Below, in pieces: positions 1 to 11,300 of a stretch of DNA of 64,000 bases; positions within the stretch are counted from its first letter, which is position 1, and every line of letters starts with the position of its first letter. The stretch covers positions 192,001 through 256,000 of the forward strand of contig CAWDXE010000007.1 in the NCBI GenBank assembly GCA_963806185.1, read 5' to 3'. Both the position numbers and the translations under genes were made by a program. The notes under the pieces are model-generated. The model was not told the DNA's origin, made no database searches, and saw nothing but the letters and a program-made list of their open reading frames with translations. This DNA comes from an uncultured candidate division Zixibacteria bacterium (GTDB lineage Bacteria; Zixibacteria; MSB-5A5; GN15; FEB-12).

Positions 1-1
1 G

Positions 2-785
2 AACACCGAGGATGTCTACGCCGGTATCGAGTGGAAGAAGGGGAGCCCGGAGGTGAAGAAAGTCATCAACTGGCTCAACAAGAACATGAAGACCAAGATT
101 CGGCCCGATTCGGGTATCGGCATCAAGCCGATGTCGGCGACCGGTTCGAAGCGGCTGGTCCGCAAGGCGCTCCAGCACGCCATCGACAACAAGCTGCCGT
201 CGGTGACGCTGGTGCACAAGGGAAACATCATGAAGTACACCGAAGGCGCGTTCCGTGACTGGGGGTACGAGGTAGCCAAGAAGGAATTCGGCGACAAGTT
301 CGTCACCGAGGCCGAAGTGTTCGAGAAGCACAACGGCGTAACGCCGGCAGGGAAGATCATGATCAAGGATCGCATCGCCGATTCGATTTTCCAGCAGGTG
401 CTGTCTGCGTCCGGATGAGTACTCCGTGCTGGCGACGCCGAACTTGAACGGCGATTATCTGTCCGACGCCTGCGCCGCGCAGGTGGGCGGACTGGGGATG
501 GCGCCGGGGGCGAATATCGGTGACTTTATCGGCCTGTTCGAGGCGACGCACGGTACCGCGCCCAAGTACACCGACAAGGATATGGCGAATCCCGGTTCGT
601 TGTTGTTGTCGGCGGTGCTGATGCTTCGCTACATGGGGTGGGACGAAGCGGCGAATCGGATCGAGGCCGCGATCGAGAAGACGATTTCGCAGAAGACGGT
701 GACGTACGATTTGGAGCGTCAGATGGAAGGCGCGACGAAAGTGCCGACATCGGGTTTTGCGACGGCGATAATCAGCAATCTGTGA
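2..785 (+). CDS. icd: NADP-dependent isocitrate dehydrogenase, 3' part (starts before the window; +1 indel near 404)
   Basis: Frame 2 reads [11 protein letters not shown]...[22 protein letters not shown]. After removing one base (gtg ctg t ctg cgt) it continues [22 protein letters not shown]...[11 protein letters not shown]...ANPGS. Confidence 0.95.
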
Positions 786-800
786 TATCTGTATCTACTG

Positions 801-826
801 CGTGGCGCACGGAGACGTGCGCCATG
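801..826. repeat. GC-rich palindrome CGTGGCGCAC..GTGCGCCAYG, copy 1 (REP-like)
   Basis: Same arm sequence as the hairpin at 31401-31428; both lie between convergent genes. Confidence 0.45.
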
Positions 827-855
827 TATCGATATCGACTCAATCAGACCGCGAC

Positions 856-892
856 CACAAAAAAGCCCGCGTTGCCGCGGGCTTTGTGTTTT
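856..892. terminator. Bidirectional intrinsic terminator between icd and the RRM gene
   Basis: aaaaaagcccgcg-ttgc-cgcgggctttgtgtttt: hairpin flanked by A and T tracts. Confidence 0.8.
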
Positions 893-910
893 CAATTAGA
901 ATTGCGAGGC

Positions 911-1273
911 TTACCAGCCGCCGCGACGACCACCGCCGCCACCGCTGCCACCACGACCACCACCGCCACCGCGGTTGAAACCACCGCCGCCGCCACTGCG
1001 GCCGCCACCACCGCCACCACCAGTGCGCGGTTCGCGCGGCTTGGCTTCGTTGACCACGATCGCGCGGCCGTCGAACTCTTTACCGTTGAGTTCGGCGATC
1101 GCCTTCTGAGCGTCGTCATTCGAAGTCATGGCAATAAACCCGAAACCACGGGACTTGCCGGTGAACTTGTCGGTGACGATGTTGGCACGGCCAACTTCGC
1201 CAAACTGTTCGAAGATCTGTCGCAGATCCGCGTCGCTCATGTCAAATGAGAGATTGCCGACGTAGATATCCAT
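911..1273 (-). CDS. RRM-domain RNA-binding protein with Gly/Arg-rich tail
   Basis: RNP2 IYVGNL and RNP1 RGFGFIAM motifs, IVVNEAKPR, RGG-rich C-terminus. Confidence 0.95.
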   Translation of the reverse strand: MDIYVGNLSFDMSDADLRQIFEQFGEVGRANIVTDKFTGKSRGFGFIAMTSNDDAQKAIAELNGKEFDGRAIVVNEAKPREPRTGGGGGGGRSGGGGGFNRGGGGGRGGSGGGGGRRGGW

Positions 1274-1540
1274 CTGTTACTCCATACGTTTGTATTTGGG
1301 CGGCGCGGCCTCTATGCGAGGATCAACATCCACAAATACCTGATTGCTGCGCACCATTGCGCTGGGTCACCAAAATAACCTGTGTCTGTTGATTGATCTT
1401 GTGGGAAGAATCGTAAGATACCATTAGTTTCGGAGACTCGTTAACTCTGCCTCAATAAACACTGTTTTCGGCAAAAAGGATAATAAATCTCACGACAAAC
1501 AAAGAATTTTTTGGCCCACAATCGCGGTGTTCAAATGCGA

Positions 1541-1569
1541 TTGCAATCGGTAACTCATTGACGTATAAT
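1541..1569 (+). promoter_or_regulatory. Sigma70-type promoter 5 nt before the ATG (leaderless candidate)
   Basis: TTGCAA-17 bp-TATAAT-ggcat-ATG, no SD. Confidence 0.7.
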
Positions 1570-1574
1570 GGCAT

Positions 1575-2144
1575 ATGGACAAATTAAAGTCGAAACACTT
1601 CGCCGACAGCCGGCTCTGGCGGGCCTGGCTCAAGCAGAATCATGCGTCCGAGACCGAAATCTGGCTCAAATTCTTCAAGAAGCATACGGGAAAGGAAGGG
1701 TTGACGTATCTCGGTGCGCTGGAGGAAGCGCTCTGCTACGGCTGGATTGATACGACGGTACGCACGATTGATGATAGATGTTACATGCAGCGGTTCACAC
1801 CGCGGCGAAAAGGGAGCCTCTGGTCGGAGCTGAACCGTAAGCGAATGAAGGCGCTGGTGGCATCGAAGCGAATGACCACGGCGGGGCTGGCGGTGTTTGA
1901 CGAATCGGCGCCGGTCGCGACGAGTAAACTGAGGAATTTGCCGCCGATTCCCGTGCCGGACGATCTGCTGAGGGCGCTCGAAAGGAACCCGGAGGCGAAA
2001 GCGAATTTCGCCAAACTAACAGAGAAGTATACGCAGCTTTGTTTGCGGTGGATAACAGTCGCGAAGAAAACAGAGACGCGCGCGAAGCGGGTGGCGGAGT
2101 TTGTGGAGCTAACGGCGAAAAAAAAGCGGCTGGGGATGAAGTAG
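1575..2144 (+). CDS. YdeI/OmpD-associated family protein
   Basis: WRAWLKQNH, EEALCYGWID, FTPRRKGSLWSELN, AKKTETRAKR motifs typical of the family. Confidence 0.85.
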   Translation: MDKLKSKHFADSRLWRAWLKQNHASETEIWLKFFKKHTGKEGLTYLGALEEALCYGWIDTTVRTIDDRCYMQRFTPRRKGSLWSELNRKRMKALVASKRMTTAGLAVFDESAPVATSKLRNLPPIPVPDDLLRALERNPEAKANFAKLTEKYTQLCLRWITVAKKTETRAKRVAEFVELTAKKKRLGMK

Positions 2145-2161
2145 GCGCGCTTGATGCACGC

Positions 2162-4891
2162 CTACTTCACCAGCAGCATTTTCTTCTGCAGAGCCGTACC
2201 ATCGGCGGTCACGCGGTAGAGATACACGCCGCTGGCGGCAATATCACCGGAATCATCACAGCCATTCCATATGATTCTGTGAGTACCGGCACCCATTGGC
2301 CCGTTGAGCAGAGTAGCGACCTTGCGGCCGAGCGAATTGAAAATTTCCACCCGAGCGTTGGCGGCGCTGGGCAGAGCGAATTCAATCACCGTGCTCGGAT
2401 TGAACGGGTTGGGATAATTTTGCGCAAGCGCGAAGGAGGACGGCAGGCGATCATTCGGATTGTCGGCCACGTCGGTCGGCTCGTAGACGTAGTAGTTCCC
2501 CCACACCGAGGCGCCGTTTTCGCGGGGATCGATCCAGACAGTCCAGGCGTTGCCGACGGCGGCGTAGACGGTCGGGGAGACAACATATTCGGGTGTGCCG
2601 TTGGTCATCTGTTGATTGGCGCCGATGGGAAGGAAACCGCTGGTGAAGGCCTGCAGCCAGACGCGTGTTTGAGCGGCGCGGTGATCGATCCACGACGCGG
2701 CGATGTAGCCGGCGTTGTCGATGGAGACTGACGGTGTTTCCGCATCCGACGCAGCCAGATCGTTGAAGTTGTACGGGGCGAGCGTCTGAGTGCCGGTCGA
2801 GGAAAGGGCAGCAATATAGATGTCTTTCGCTGCGCCGTTGAGAGTCGTGAAGACGACCGCCAGCGCTCCGGCTGGGGTGACGGCGGCGGACATTTCTTCA
2901 ATCGTCTCGGTAGGCGTCCAGGTGAATGAACCGACTTCGCTCTTGTTCGTATTGTACAGATGCGCCTTCACACTCGGAGATGCGGTGCCGTGGTCAAGCC
3001 AGGAGACCCAGAAGCGGTCACTATTATCCGTTCCGATACACAGATCATCGTTCTGGGTGTCGGTAGCGACGGTGGACACGCGGAAGTCTGCTCCATCGTT
3101 TGAGCCGTCGGCGTTTCGCCAATGCCCCCACACCTGGTAGCTACCGTCGCGATTGTCCAGCCAGACAACCAGCGCCCGGCCGTTGGGGCGACTGGCCACC
3201 CTGGGAGATCGTTTGGAGGCGACGCTGGCGGAGTCGGAAATGATGAATTCATTGGAATAAAACGTGCCATACCTGCTGCTGAGTCGTCCGTAGATCCGTT
3301 GGCCGGATACGGCGTTGACCGCTCGGCCATCGACCCAGGCGATGAGCACCTGTGAGTCGGCCGCGGCGGCAGTCGGTTCCGACTGAAGATTCGAGCCGAT
3401 ATCCTGATTGACTTTTACGTTCGTTCCGACCAATCCACCGAAGTAGCCGAAGCGCTGGAGATAGATGTCTCCCGCATCGGCTCGTCGAGAAGAGAAGACG
3501 GATATCCACCACCAACCGGTACCTGAGATCACGGAGGCGGATGCAACGGGACTGCCGGCGGCGTCGTCGTTGAGTCGGATTTCACTTCCGAACAGCCGGT
3601 TACCGAGAGTGTCGAAAGCCATCATCTGAGCGTCGGCGTCTTCGCTTACAAATTCGGTCCAGACGACACCAAAGTTATTTTCGGCGGCGAACCGGGCTGC
3701 GGGGCCCCAGCGGTGACCGTCGGCGTCAAGATTGACAGAGAGCAGTGATCCGGCGGTGGTGAGAGCAGCGCCGAAGCGCTGAGATTGGATTAGGTTGGTC
3801 GATTGCGACGCACCCCAGGAAGCCAGGAGTTTTCCACTGGTGGCTACGGCAAGATTGAGATCCCAGTTGGTGGTGACGGAGTCGCCCGAGCTGATGAGCG
3901 TGTTGGCTCCCGCAAGGCCGGAAATCGGGTCGTAGCGCTGGAGATAGACTTCCTGTCCCGTGCGGCGATCGATCCACCCGATGACGTACTGATTCAACGA
4001 GGAATAGGCGACCTGCGGCGCATACTGCGCATAGTTTGACTCGGGGGACGGTACCAGGGCAAAATCATTGCCGATCGATGCTCCCGCTCCGGTGAAGAGT
4101 CGGGCGTATATGTCGGCCTGACCGTTGCGGTAATCTTCCCATGCTACCAGATACCCTGAGCCGGATTGTACGGCAACCGAGGGAACCCAGCGCTGGGAAC
4201 TGGAAGCGTCGGAATGTACGGTGGTCGGTCCGGCGACAGTAGCGCCGGCGGCGTTGTAGACGCGCATCTGGATCGTGGAGCCGGTCACGCCGTAGTTCTC
4301 CCAGACGACAACGGTGCGTCCGTCGGGAAAGACAGCAACGTCGTACGGACCTGCGAAGGCGCTGTTGCTGGAATCGTTGACCACGAAGGGGGCCAGATTC
4401 TCGGTGAGATCCGCATTGTACCGCGAGCCGTAGATGAGACCGTTGGTGCGATCTCGATAAAACAGATATACCAAACCGACCGAGTCGGTGAGGATTTCCG
4501 GATCGATGAAGTCGGCACCGGTGGTCGAGCCGGCAGCCAGTACATTGGCGCCCACCAGCGTACCGCCAGTAGTCAACCGTTGCTGCCATATTTTCTCACT
4601 CCCGGAACGGTTATCGTTCCAGACGGCCAACCAGTCGCTGTTGGCCAGAACAGCCAGTCGGACATGGTCCTGGGTGAACATGGCGGGGGAGCCAGCCTCG
4701 GAAAGACGTAGGTCGGAACCGGCGGAGCTCGCCTGGGGCAAGGCAGGGGGGGTCGAGATATACGTTCGTTGGGTGAGATTCAATCCGGATAACTGATCCC
4801 GGTGAATCTGGTCCCGGTCAAATCCGTGTGTTACCGATGTCGTTGCCAGGATCAGGCCGACGCTGAGAGCAGTGCGAAGAGCAGGTGCCAT
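2162..4891 (-). CDS. Secreted repeat (probable beta-propeller) protein with C-terminal FlgD/T9SS-A-like domain
   Basis: Signal peptide from ATG 4891 (gagga SD); many PxVA..LVAWxDxR..DIY repeats; C-terminus LAQNYPNPFNPST...SGVYLYRV...KKMLLVK. Confidence 0.8.
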   Translation of the reverse strand: MAPALRTALSVGLILATTSVTHGFDRDQIHRDQLSGLNLTQRTYISTPPALPQASSAGSDLRLSEAGSPAMFTQDHVRLAVLANSDWLAVWNDNRSGSEKIWQQRLTTGGTLVGANVLAAGSTTGADFIDPEILTDSVGLVYLFYRDRTNGLIYGSRYNADLTENLAPFVVNDSSNSAFAGPYDVAVFPDGRTVVVWENYGVTGSTIQMRVYNAAGATVAGPTTVHSDASSSQRWVPSVAVQSGSGYLVAWEDYRNGQADIYARLFTGAGASIGNDFALVPSPESNYAQYAPQVAYSSLNQYVIGWIDRRTGQEVYLQRYDPISGLAGANTLISSGDSVTTNWDLNLAVATSGKLLASWGASQSTNLIQSQRFGAALTTAGSLLSVNLDADGHRWGPAARFAAENNFGVVWTEFVSEDADAQMMAFDTLGNRLFGSEIRLNDDAAGSPVASASVISGTGWWWISVFSSRRADAGDIYLQRFGYFGGLVGTNVKVNQDIGSNLQSEPTAAAADSQVLIAWVDGRAVNAVSGQRIYGRLSSRYGTFYSNEFIISDSASVASKRSPRVASRPNGRALVVWLDNRDGSYQVWGHWRNADGSNDGADFRVSTVATDTQNDDLCIGTDNSDRFWVSWLDHGTASPSVKAHLYNTNKSEVGSFTWTPTETIEEMSAAVTPAGALAVVFTTLNGAAKDIYIAALSSTGTQTLAPYNFNDLAASDAETPSVSIDNAGYIAASWIDHRAAQTRVWLQAFTSGFLPIGANQQMTNGTPEYVVSPTVYAAVGNAWTVWIDPRENGASVWGNYYVYEPTDVADNPNDRLPSSFALAQNYPNPFNPSTVIEFALPSAANARVEIFNSLGRKVATLLNGPMGAGTHRIIWNGCDDSGDIAASGVYLYRVTADGTALQKKMLLVK

Positions 4892-5328
4892 ACATCCTCG
4901 AATATACACTTTTTGGGTCGGTGATAAAATATGGTTCTGGGAGTATTCCCAGTCGCCTCGGGGCCTCTTCTGGGAGGATTTTCGTAATGTTATATATAAC
5001 TTACGGTTACGCCGGTAAAGGGTGATTGCCCGATTTCCACGACAACAATTTTACAGTTTATTCTCATGTTCCGACCAAATCGATTGTCAGAAAGTATATC
5101 GGCGCAAAAGTGCGATTGGTTCACCTTGCGCAAGTTATTCACATATGAAGAATTAGGGGAATTTCCGGTGAAACTTACCCGGGGTGGTTTCGTAATGCTT
5201 ACTGTAGGGGGCGACCTGCCTTTTGTATTGGCCGGGGGCCCCCCAACAATGCATACTCGGATGTCCTGCCGGGCTTTTTGATGGGGAAGAATATTGCGGC
5301 GGGCGGGTAGCACAAACAGGTGAGTAGC

Positions 5329-7179
5329 ATGGGTAGAATTCGTCCGAACCACATTGTTTTGGGTATCGCCATTCTGGCTGTGGCTGGGATTGTCTATGGG
5401 CAATCGTCGTCGGGCGGAACGAGCAAATCCAAGGCAAGGGCTGGTACCGACGAAATTCACGAAGTTGCCACCGAGTATGTCGACCTTCTTCAGGGACTGC
5501 GCGACGTCATTTCAGATTACAGCGACTACCTTGGTTCGGATGGGCTAGACTCGCGCGCCGTTCTTGAGACGTCACTCGACAAGTTCAGTGAGGGGCTCGA
5601 TGAAGAGATCTACATGCGGGACAACAAAGTCCTGGAACAAGATCTGTCGGCGGTGTCGGCGCGAGTGGTCGCTGAGAGAGCCCAGTTGGGGAAATCGTCG
5701 GACGCCAGATCGCAGAAGGCGATGCGTGTACTGCGAAGCTTCGAGCGCGAGTTGCAGTTGATTCAGGAACTGCTGTCCGAGCACAATGCCCGTCTGGCCG
5801 AGATGAATATTCGCCAGGCGGAAGTTGCGGACGCTGTGGGCGGAGATTTGTCCTCGAGCCTTGAAAAACTGAAGCAGAGCCTGAAACTGCTGCAAAAGAA
5901 CTCCAAGAAAACCTATGTGATAGAAATGCCGCCGATCCCCAAGGCGCCCGTGCCCTCCATTCCATCGGTACCGTCAACGGGGACGCCCGCGCCGACTATC
6001 CCCAGGATTGCTGTCCCGCCGATTGGCGCCGCAGCTGGTGTGCGGGGGATGCCCAGAGAATTTAGCGGTACCATGCATGTTACGTCGTCGGGTGCCCCCA
6101 TCTACATCTCAAACCCATCAGGCAATGTCGAAGTGGCCGGGTGGGGAGAGAGTGACATCACTGTTGTGCTCGAAGTCGAAATAGCGTCCGGTTCCCGGGC
6201 GACTGAGAAGGAATTGATTGATCAGATCAGCCTGACGTTGGAAAATCCCTCGAACGGCCGGTACAATGTCCGAGTGGGATTTCCCAGAATCAGCGATCCA
6301 AAAACGCGAATAGTAGCCAGCCGGCTGGCGGTAAACGTACCGTTTCAGAACCGAATCTATGTGGAGAATGCCTTTGGCGATATGGATGTAAGCGATCTTC
6401 GCGGAGGCGTGGAAGTTACGGGCAATGTGTCGCAGATTCAGGTTTCCTCGATTCGCGGGGGGACCACGGTCAAGAACGCCATGGGGGCAATTTCGGTCTC
6501 GGATGTCAGCGGCGGTCCGACCTTCATCAGCAATTCGTATGGCACGATTTCCGCAAACTCGATTGAAGGCCCGATGACCATACAGAACGCGTTTGCGACC
6601 GTTTCCGTCGAGGATACTCACGGGGAGTTACGCATCAATAACAGCGGTTCCGTCGAGGTCTCCAGTCATGAAGGGAACGTGTCGATCGACAATTCATACG
6701 GCGCGGTTACTTTGGGCGAAATCACCGGGAATGTGACGGTGAAAAATGCCTTTCAGTCGATCGAGGCTCAATCGATTAGCGGCAGTGCACAGCTGGCCAA
6801 CCAGTACGGCAGTATCACGGCAGAAGAAGTGGGCGATGGGCTGAGCGTGTCCAATTCGTTTGGCTCGACTGATCTGTCACAGATCCGAGGGCGGCTCGAT
6901 TTGAACTCGACAAATGGCAGTCTGCGGGTGAACCTCGACGGTCAATTGCTCGGTGCCTCCACTATTGTTGCCAATGCCGGCAGTGTCTTTTTGAATTTGG
7001 CTGACAATCAGGATTTGCTGTTCAAGGCTCGGGTGGAGGGGGGCAGTGTGACAAGCGAGGAGCCGATGGATATGTCGAATGATGGCTCAGTGAAAACAGT
7101 CGTTCTTCGACTGGGCGCCGGACGTCAGGCTCTGAGTCTCCGCGGGATTGGCTCGTCGATTGTCATCGCCCGCGATTGA
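5329..7179 (+). CDS. DUF4097-like beta-strand repeat (adhesin-like) protein with N-terminal coiled coil and Pro-rich linker
   Basis: Signal peptide; repeats of NxxGxIxVxxIxGxxxI (NAFG/NSYG/NSFG). Start 5320 or 5329. Confidence 0.75.
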   Translation: MGRIRPNHIVLGIAILAVAGIVYGQSSSGGTSKSKARAGTDEIHEVATEYVDLLQGLRDVISDYSDYLGSDGLDSRAVLETSLDKFSEGLDEEIYMRDNKVLEQDLSAVSARVVAERAQLGKSSDARSQKAMRVLRSFERELQLIQELLSEHNARLAEMNIRQAEVADAVGGDLSSSLEKLKQSLKLLQKNSKKTYVIEMPPIPKAPVPSIPSVPSTGTPAPTIPRIAVPPIGAAAGVRGMPREFSGTMHVTSSGAPIYISNPSGNVEVAGWGESDITVVLEVEIASGSRATEKELIDQISLTLENPSNGRYNVRVGFPRISDPKTRIVASRLAVNVPFQNRIYVENAFGDMDVSDLRGGVEVTGNVSQIQVSSIRGGTTVKNAMGAISVSDVSGGPTFISNSYGTISANSIEGPMTIQNAFATVSVEDTHGELRINNSGSVEVSSHEGNVSIDNSYGAVTLGEITGNVTVKNAFQSIEAQSISGSAQLANQYGSITAEEVGDGLSVSNSFGSTDLSQIRGRLDLNSTNGSLRVNLDGQLLGASTIVANAGSVFLNLADNQDLLFKARVEGGSVTSEEPMDMSNDGSVKTVVLRLGAGRQALSLRGIGSSIVIARD

Positions 7180-7206
7180 TCCCGGCAGCGCACTCCTGGG
7201 ACCAGG

Positions 7207-7230
7207 GCCATCCGACAGGATGGCTTTTTT
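7207..7230 (+). terminator. Intrinsic terminator
   Basis: gccatcc-gaca-ggatggc-tttttt. Confidence 0.8.
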
Positions 7231-7263
7231 GTGTGTGGGCATATATGCGGCACGATGGTGACG

Positions 7264-7848
7264 TCAGTATTTGTACTTTGGCTCCCAGCCATTTGGACCG
7301 TTCGGCAGCAGGTCAAGCAAAGGCCAGACGCTACAGAAATCATCGCCTGGGCCGAAGTAGGTATGGGCGACCTGCTCTATCCTGCCGTCGCTGAGTCTGC
7401 GAAAGGTAGACACACCCGGCCACGGATCATTCTTCTCTGAAGCGAAGCCGGAATCGCGGAAGAAGCTGGTGCCGTGAGACGAATACATGCGGAATTTCCA
7501 GCCTCGCGACGCGTAGAATTTCTTCTGAGTCTCCGGATCGTCCGGGGAAATCACCACAAAGGGCGCGCGATTTTCAAGATGCTGCCACACCCCGTTGAGT
7601 CCATCCGCCCATAGGGTACAATACGGGCACTGCTTGCCCATGTTGTGAATGACCATCAGTTCATCGCCGCCGGCGAATAGGCTGCTGAGTGTGACTTGTT
7701 GTCCGTCATGCGTCAGAAACGTGTAGTCGGTTACGGGCGTCGGCGGCTGTTGGCGGCGTAACGTCACCAGTTGTTTCTTCTTCTCCTGAATCTCTTTCTC
7801 CAGAGCGTCGATCTGCGGGAGAATTCTGAACGGCGATGTTGAGCCCAT
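7264..7848 (-). CDS. DUF899 family (thioredoxin-like) protein
   Basis: LRRQQP, VTLSSLF, HNMGKQCPYCTLWADG, FGPGDDFCSVWPLLDLLP. Confidence 0.85.
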   Translation of the reverse strand: MGSTSPFRILPQIDALEKEIQEKKKQLVTLRRQQPPTPVTDYTFLTHDGQQVTLSSLFAGGDELMVIHNMGKQCPYCTLWADGLNGVWQHLENRAPFVVISPDDPETQKKFYASRGWKFRMYSSHGTSFFRDSGFASEKNDPWPGVSTFRRLSDGRIEQVAHTYFGPGDDFCSVWPLLDLLPNGPNGWEPKYKY

Positions 7849-8230
7849 AGGCTGTCCCCTTACAGTAATTTTGCCAGGTTCCGGTTAGGTGTTCACCCCA
7901 GAGTCAGGGGGTACAAAGGGGAATATACGCTGAAAAGCTGGTGTGTGACAGTCCTTATCGTGGCGTCCATGGACCCGGAATCAGCTTTTCCGAATCAGGG
8001 ATTGGGTGTGCCAGAGCAAGCTATTGGTGTGTTCGCAGCGCTTGTGGGACAACGGGGAGGGCGCCAGGTCTGTCCTCGCGTTGCTCCAATTGCCTGGGAA
8101 TTACGCCTAATGATGCGGTATTCCGGGCTTCGAAGAGGAGATGGGCCGATAATGGCGGGGTAGTGGACCCAGTTTAGGGGGAAGATGATTGTGCCGATAC
8201 CTAACTGACCGGTGTCCGCCGGGAATTGTA

Positions 8231-8259
8231 TTGACAGCGGAGCCATGACAGCGTATCTT
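8231..8259 (+). promoter_or_regulatory. Sigma70-type promoter
   Basis: TTGACA-17 bp-TATCTT about 90 nt upstream of the 8352 gene. Confidence 0.7.
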
Positions 8260-8351
8260 TTTAGAAATACTTACACAGGCACAAGTCTCGCCCCAATTGG
8301 CACCCGCCTGGTATACTTAGAGTTGACGCGACTACCGTAGGGAGTTCATGC

Positions 8352-11300
8352 ATGCCTCACCATAGCACACTCTTCGCGGCCGTCACAGCAGCGATTATAT
8401 CGCTGTCGCCGCTCAATGCGGCAGCCGTGAAGACTGGGGGCACTCCTGCCGCCTCGGAGCATCGATTCGGCGCTACTCTTACGCAAACGCCTTTGACGTT
8501 CGTGCCCAACCGCGGACAGTGGCCCAAGAACGTATATTTTCGAACTGAATCGCATGGTGCGACCGCTTGGATCGGGGCGGGCTCGGTCTGGTATTCATTT
8601 GTTCGAGAGACTTCGGTCGGCCCATCGCAGTTTGAGTCCGACGTGCGATCGTTGGTTCGCGCCGGGCATGATTGCGGACAGCCGGAACGTCTGAACGTAA
8701 CGGTATCATTTGAAGGGGCCCTCACTCCGGCGGCGGTTGGCGAGGCAGAGCTGTCAGGGGTGACCAATTACTTCATTGGTCGGGATCCGGCCAAGTGGCA
8801 GACGAATGTGCCGACCTATGCTTCCGTCCGCCTGGACGGAATCTACCCGGGAATTGACGTCCGGTATTATACTATCAACGAGCAGCTTGAATACGACTTC
8901 ATTGTCGCTCCCCAAGCTGATTACCACCAGATTCGATTAAATTACAGCGGGGTACGCCGGATGGAAGTATCGTCTTCCGGGGACCTCAATATCGAAACCG
9001 AATGGAATACGGTGACGGAGCACCGGCCGATAATTTTCCAGGAGGCTAATGGTGAGCGCATACCTGTTGAAGGTGAGTACGCTCTCACGGGTGATCGGTC
9101 GGTCAGTTTCAACCTGAAGAATTATGATAAATCTCTCCCGTTGATCATCGATCCGGCGATAAGCTACAGCACGTTTCTGGGCGGAGTGGCAAATGACAAC
9201 GGCGGGGCGATTGCCGTTGACAGTGCCGGGAATATGTACGTGGTCGGATCGACGCGCAGCTGGGATTTTCCTGCCGATCAGGGGTATGACAGCGTATTTA
9301 ACGCTACCGATTCGGTTGACGTATTTGTGTCGAAGTTTTCACCCGATGGACAAACCCTGCTTTTCAGCACGTTCGTCGGTGGCACCGGCAACGATTACGG
9401 CTACGGCCTTAAACTGGGCGCGGGGAATGAGGTTGCCATCGTCGGCTATACGCGCTCGAGCAACTTCCCCACGACCGTTGCGGGAGACACCAGTTTCGGT
9501 GGCGGGATGTTCGACGCGTTTGCGGCGCGTTTATCGGCCTCGGGTGATTCCCTCATCTGGTCGTCGTATATCGGCGGCTCCAGCAACGACTATGCCTTTG
9601 GTGTTGCGGTGGACGCGTCGGGCAATGTCTGTGTCGTTGGTGCGACGTCGTCGTCGGATTTCCCCACGAAGTTTGCCTATGACACCTCAGCGAACGGGCT
9701 CAACGATATTTTCGCAGCCAAACTCGCCGCGGCGGATGGAGCGCTGGACTACGCCACATATATGGGTGGGCTGCAGAATGACTTCGGCCTGGGCATAACT
9801 GTTGATGCTTCCGGTCGCGCGTATATCACCGGGTATACGGAATCGCTGATTTTTCCGTGCATCAATGCACTCGACTCGACACTCAACGGCACCCTGGCCG
9901 ACATCGTTGTCGCCAAATTCGGCCAGCGGTCGGACACGTTGTTGTTCTCGACCTTGATAGGGAGTGCCGGTGCGGATCTCGCCCGTGCCATTGAATGGGT
10001 GAGTCCGAATACGCTCTGGGTGGCCGGCCAGACCGGATCATCGAACTTCCCGGTACCGTCACCGTATGACGGCACATTCAACGGCGGCACGTATGACGCG
10101 ATCCTGATGAAGTTGACTGCCGACGGATCATCGTACACGACCGGCACATATCTAGGTGGCATGGGGGACGAAAATGCGATTGACCTGGCGGTAGACCCGG
10201 CCGGTGAAGTGTTCCTGACCGGCACTACAACGTCCAACGACTTTCCTTTGGTCAATGCATTTCAGCTTTCTTATCAGACGGCCGGCGATGCGTTTCTGGC
10301 AAAATTCAATTCCGGCGCCACAAGTCTCCTGTTCTCCTCGTATTTGGGCGGTCAGTCTGTTGACAATTCATATAGTGTGGATGTGAACGCCAATGGTTCA
10401 GCCTACCTGACCGGCGAGACTTCGTCGGCGAACTTCCCGAAGGTCAATCCGTGGGATGCTTTCTTTGGCGGTCAGTTCGACGCCTTCATTACGATAGTAA
10501 GTTTCGACTCCGACGGAGATGGTGTGGAAGACGCGCATGACAATTGTGTATTTACCTCTAATCCCGGCCAGGAGGATGCGGACGGTGACCTTGTTGGCGA
10601 CGTCTGCGACAATTGCCAGAATACGATCAACGCCAACCAGGCCAATGCCGACGGTGACGCGTTTGGCGATCTTTGCGATGTGTGCCCAAACGACGCTAAT
10701 AATGATATTGATGGCGACGGGGTTTGCGGCAACGTCGATAATTGTCCGTCGCTGTCCAATCCGCTACAGGAAGATTCCAATAACAACGGAATCGGCGACA
10801 AATGTGAGACCGGGTATACCGTTCCGGGTACCAACGTGGCGATTACTTACGGCGGCATAACGGTCACCTTCCCAACTGTGACAACCGCAGGCGTGACAGA
10901 GATTATCATCGGTGTGACCGGTCTTCCGCAGCCGGACGGCTACGTGATTCAGCCTGCAGCCGGCCCCCTCGGCTATGAAGTGAAGACGACCGCAGGCTTC
11001 ACCGGCACTCCCGTTGTCTGTCTGAATTACAATCCCGGTCAAATATCCGGCTCCGAAAGCACACTCAAATGGCTGAGATACCAGAGCGGCAACACCTGGA
11101 CCAACGTCACCGGTGCAGGCTATCCAAACGTCAGCACCAACTACATCTGCGGAACGACGACCCTTGGGACCTTTGCGCTGGCCCAGGCGGGATCCTGCTG
11201 CGTGTCACCGGTCGGGAATATCGACTGTGATCCCGCGAACTCGATCGATATCTCGGATCTTACGGCACTCATCGATAATCTTTTTGTCAGTTTCACCCCT

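Noticed and set aside
638..1249. 203-aa Ala/Thr-rich ORF on the plus strand
   Set aside because: Antisense shadow of the Gly-rich RRM gene; it crosses a terminator.
5150..5300. G/C-rich hairpins between divergent genes as an ncRNA
   Set aside because: Only weak pairing, and no recognisable family motif.
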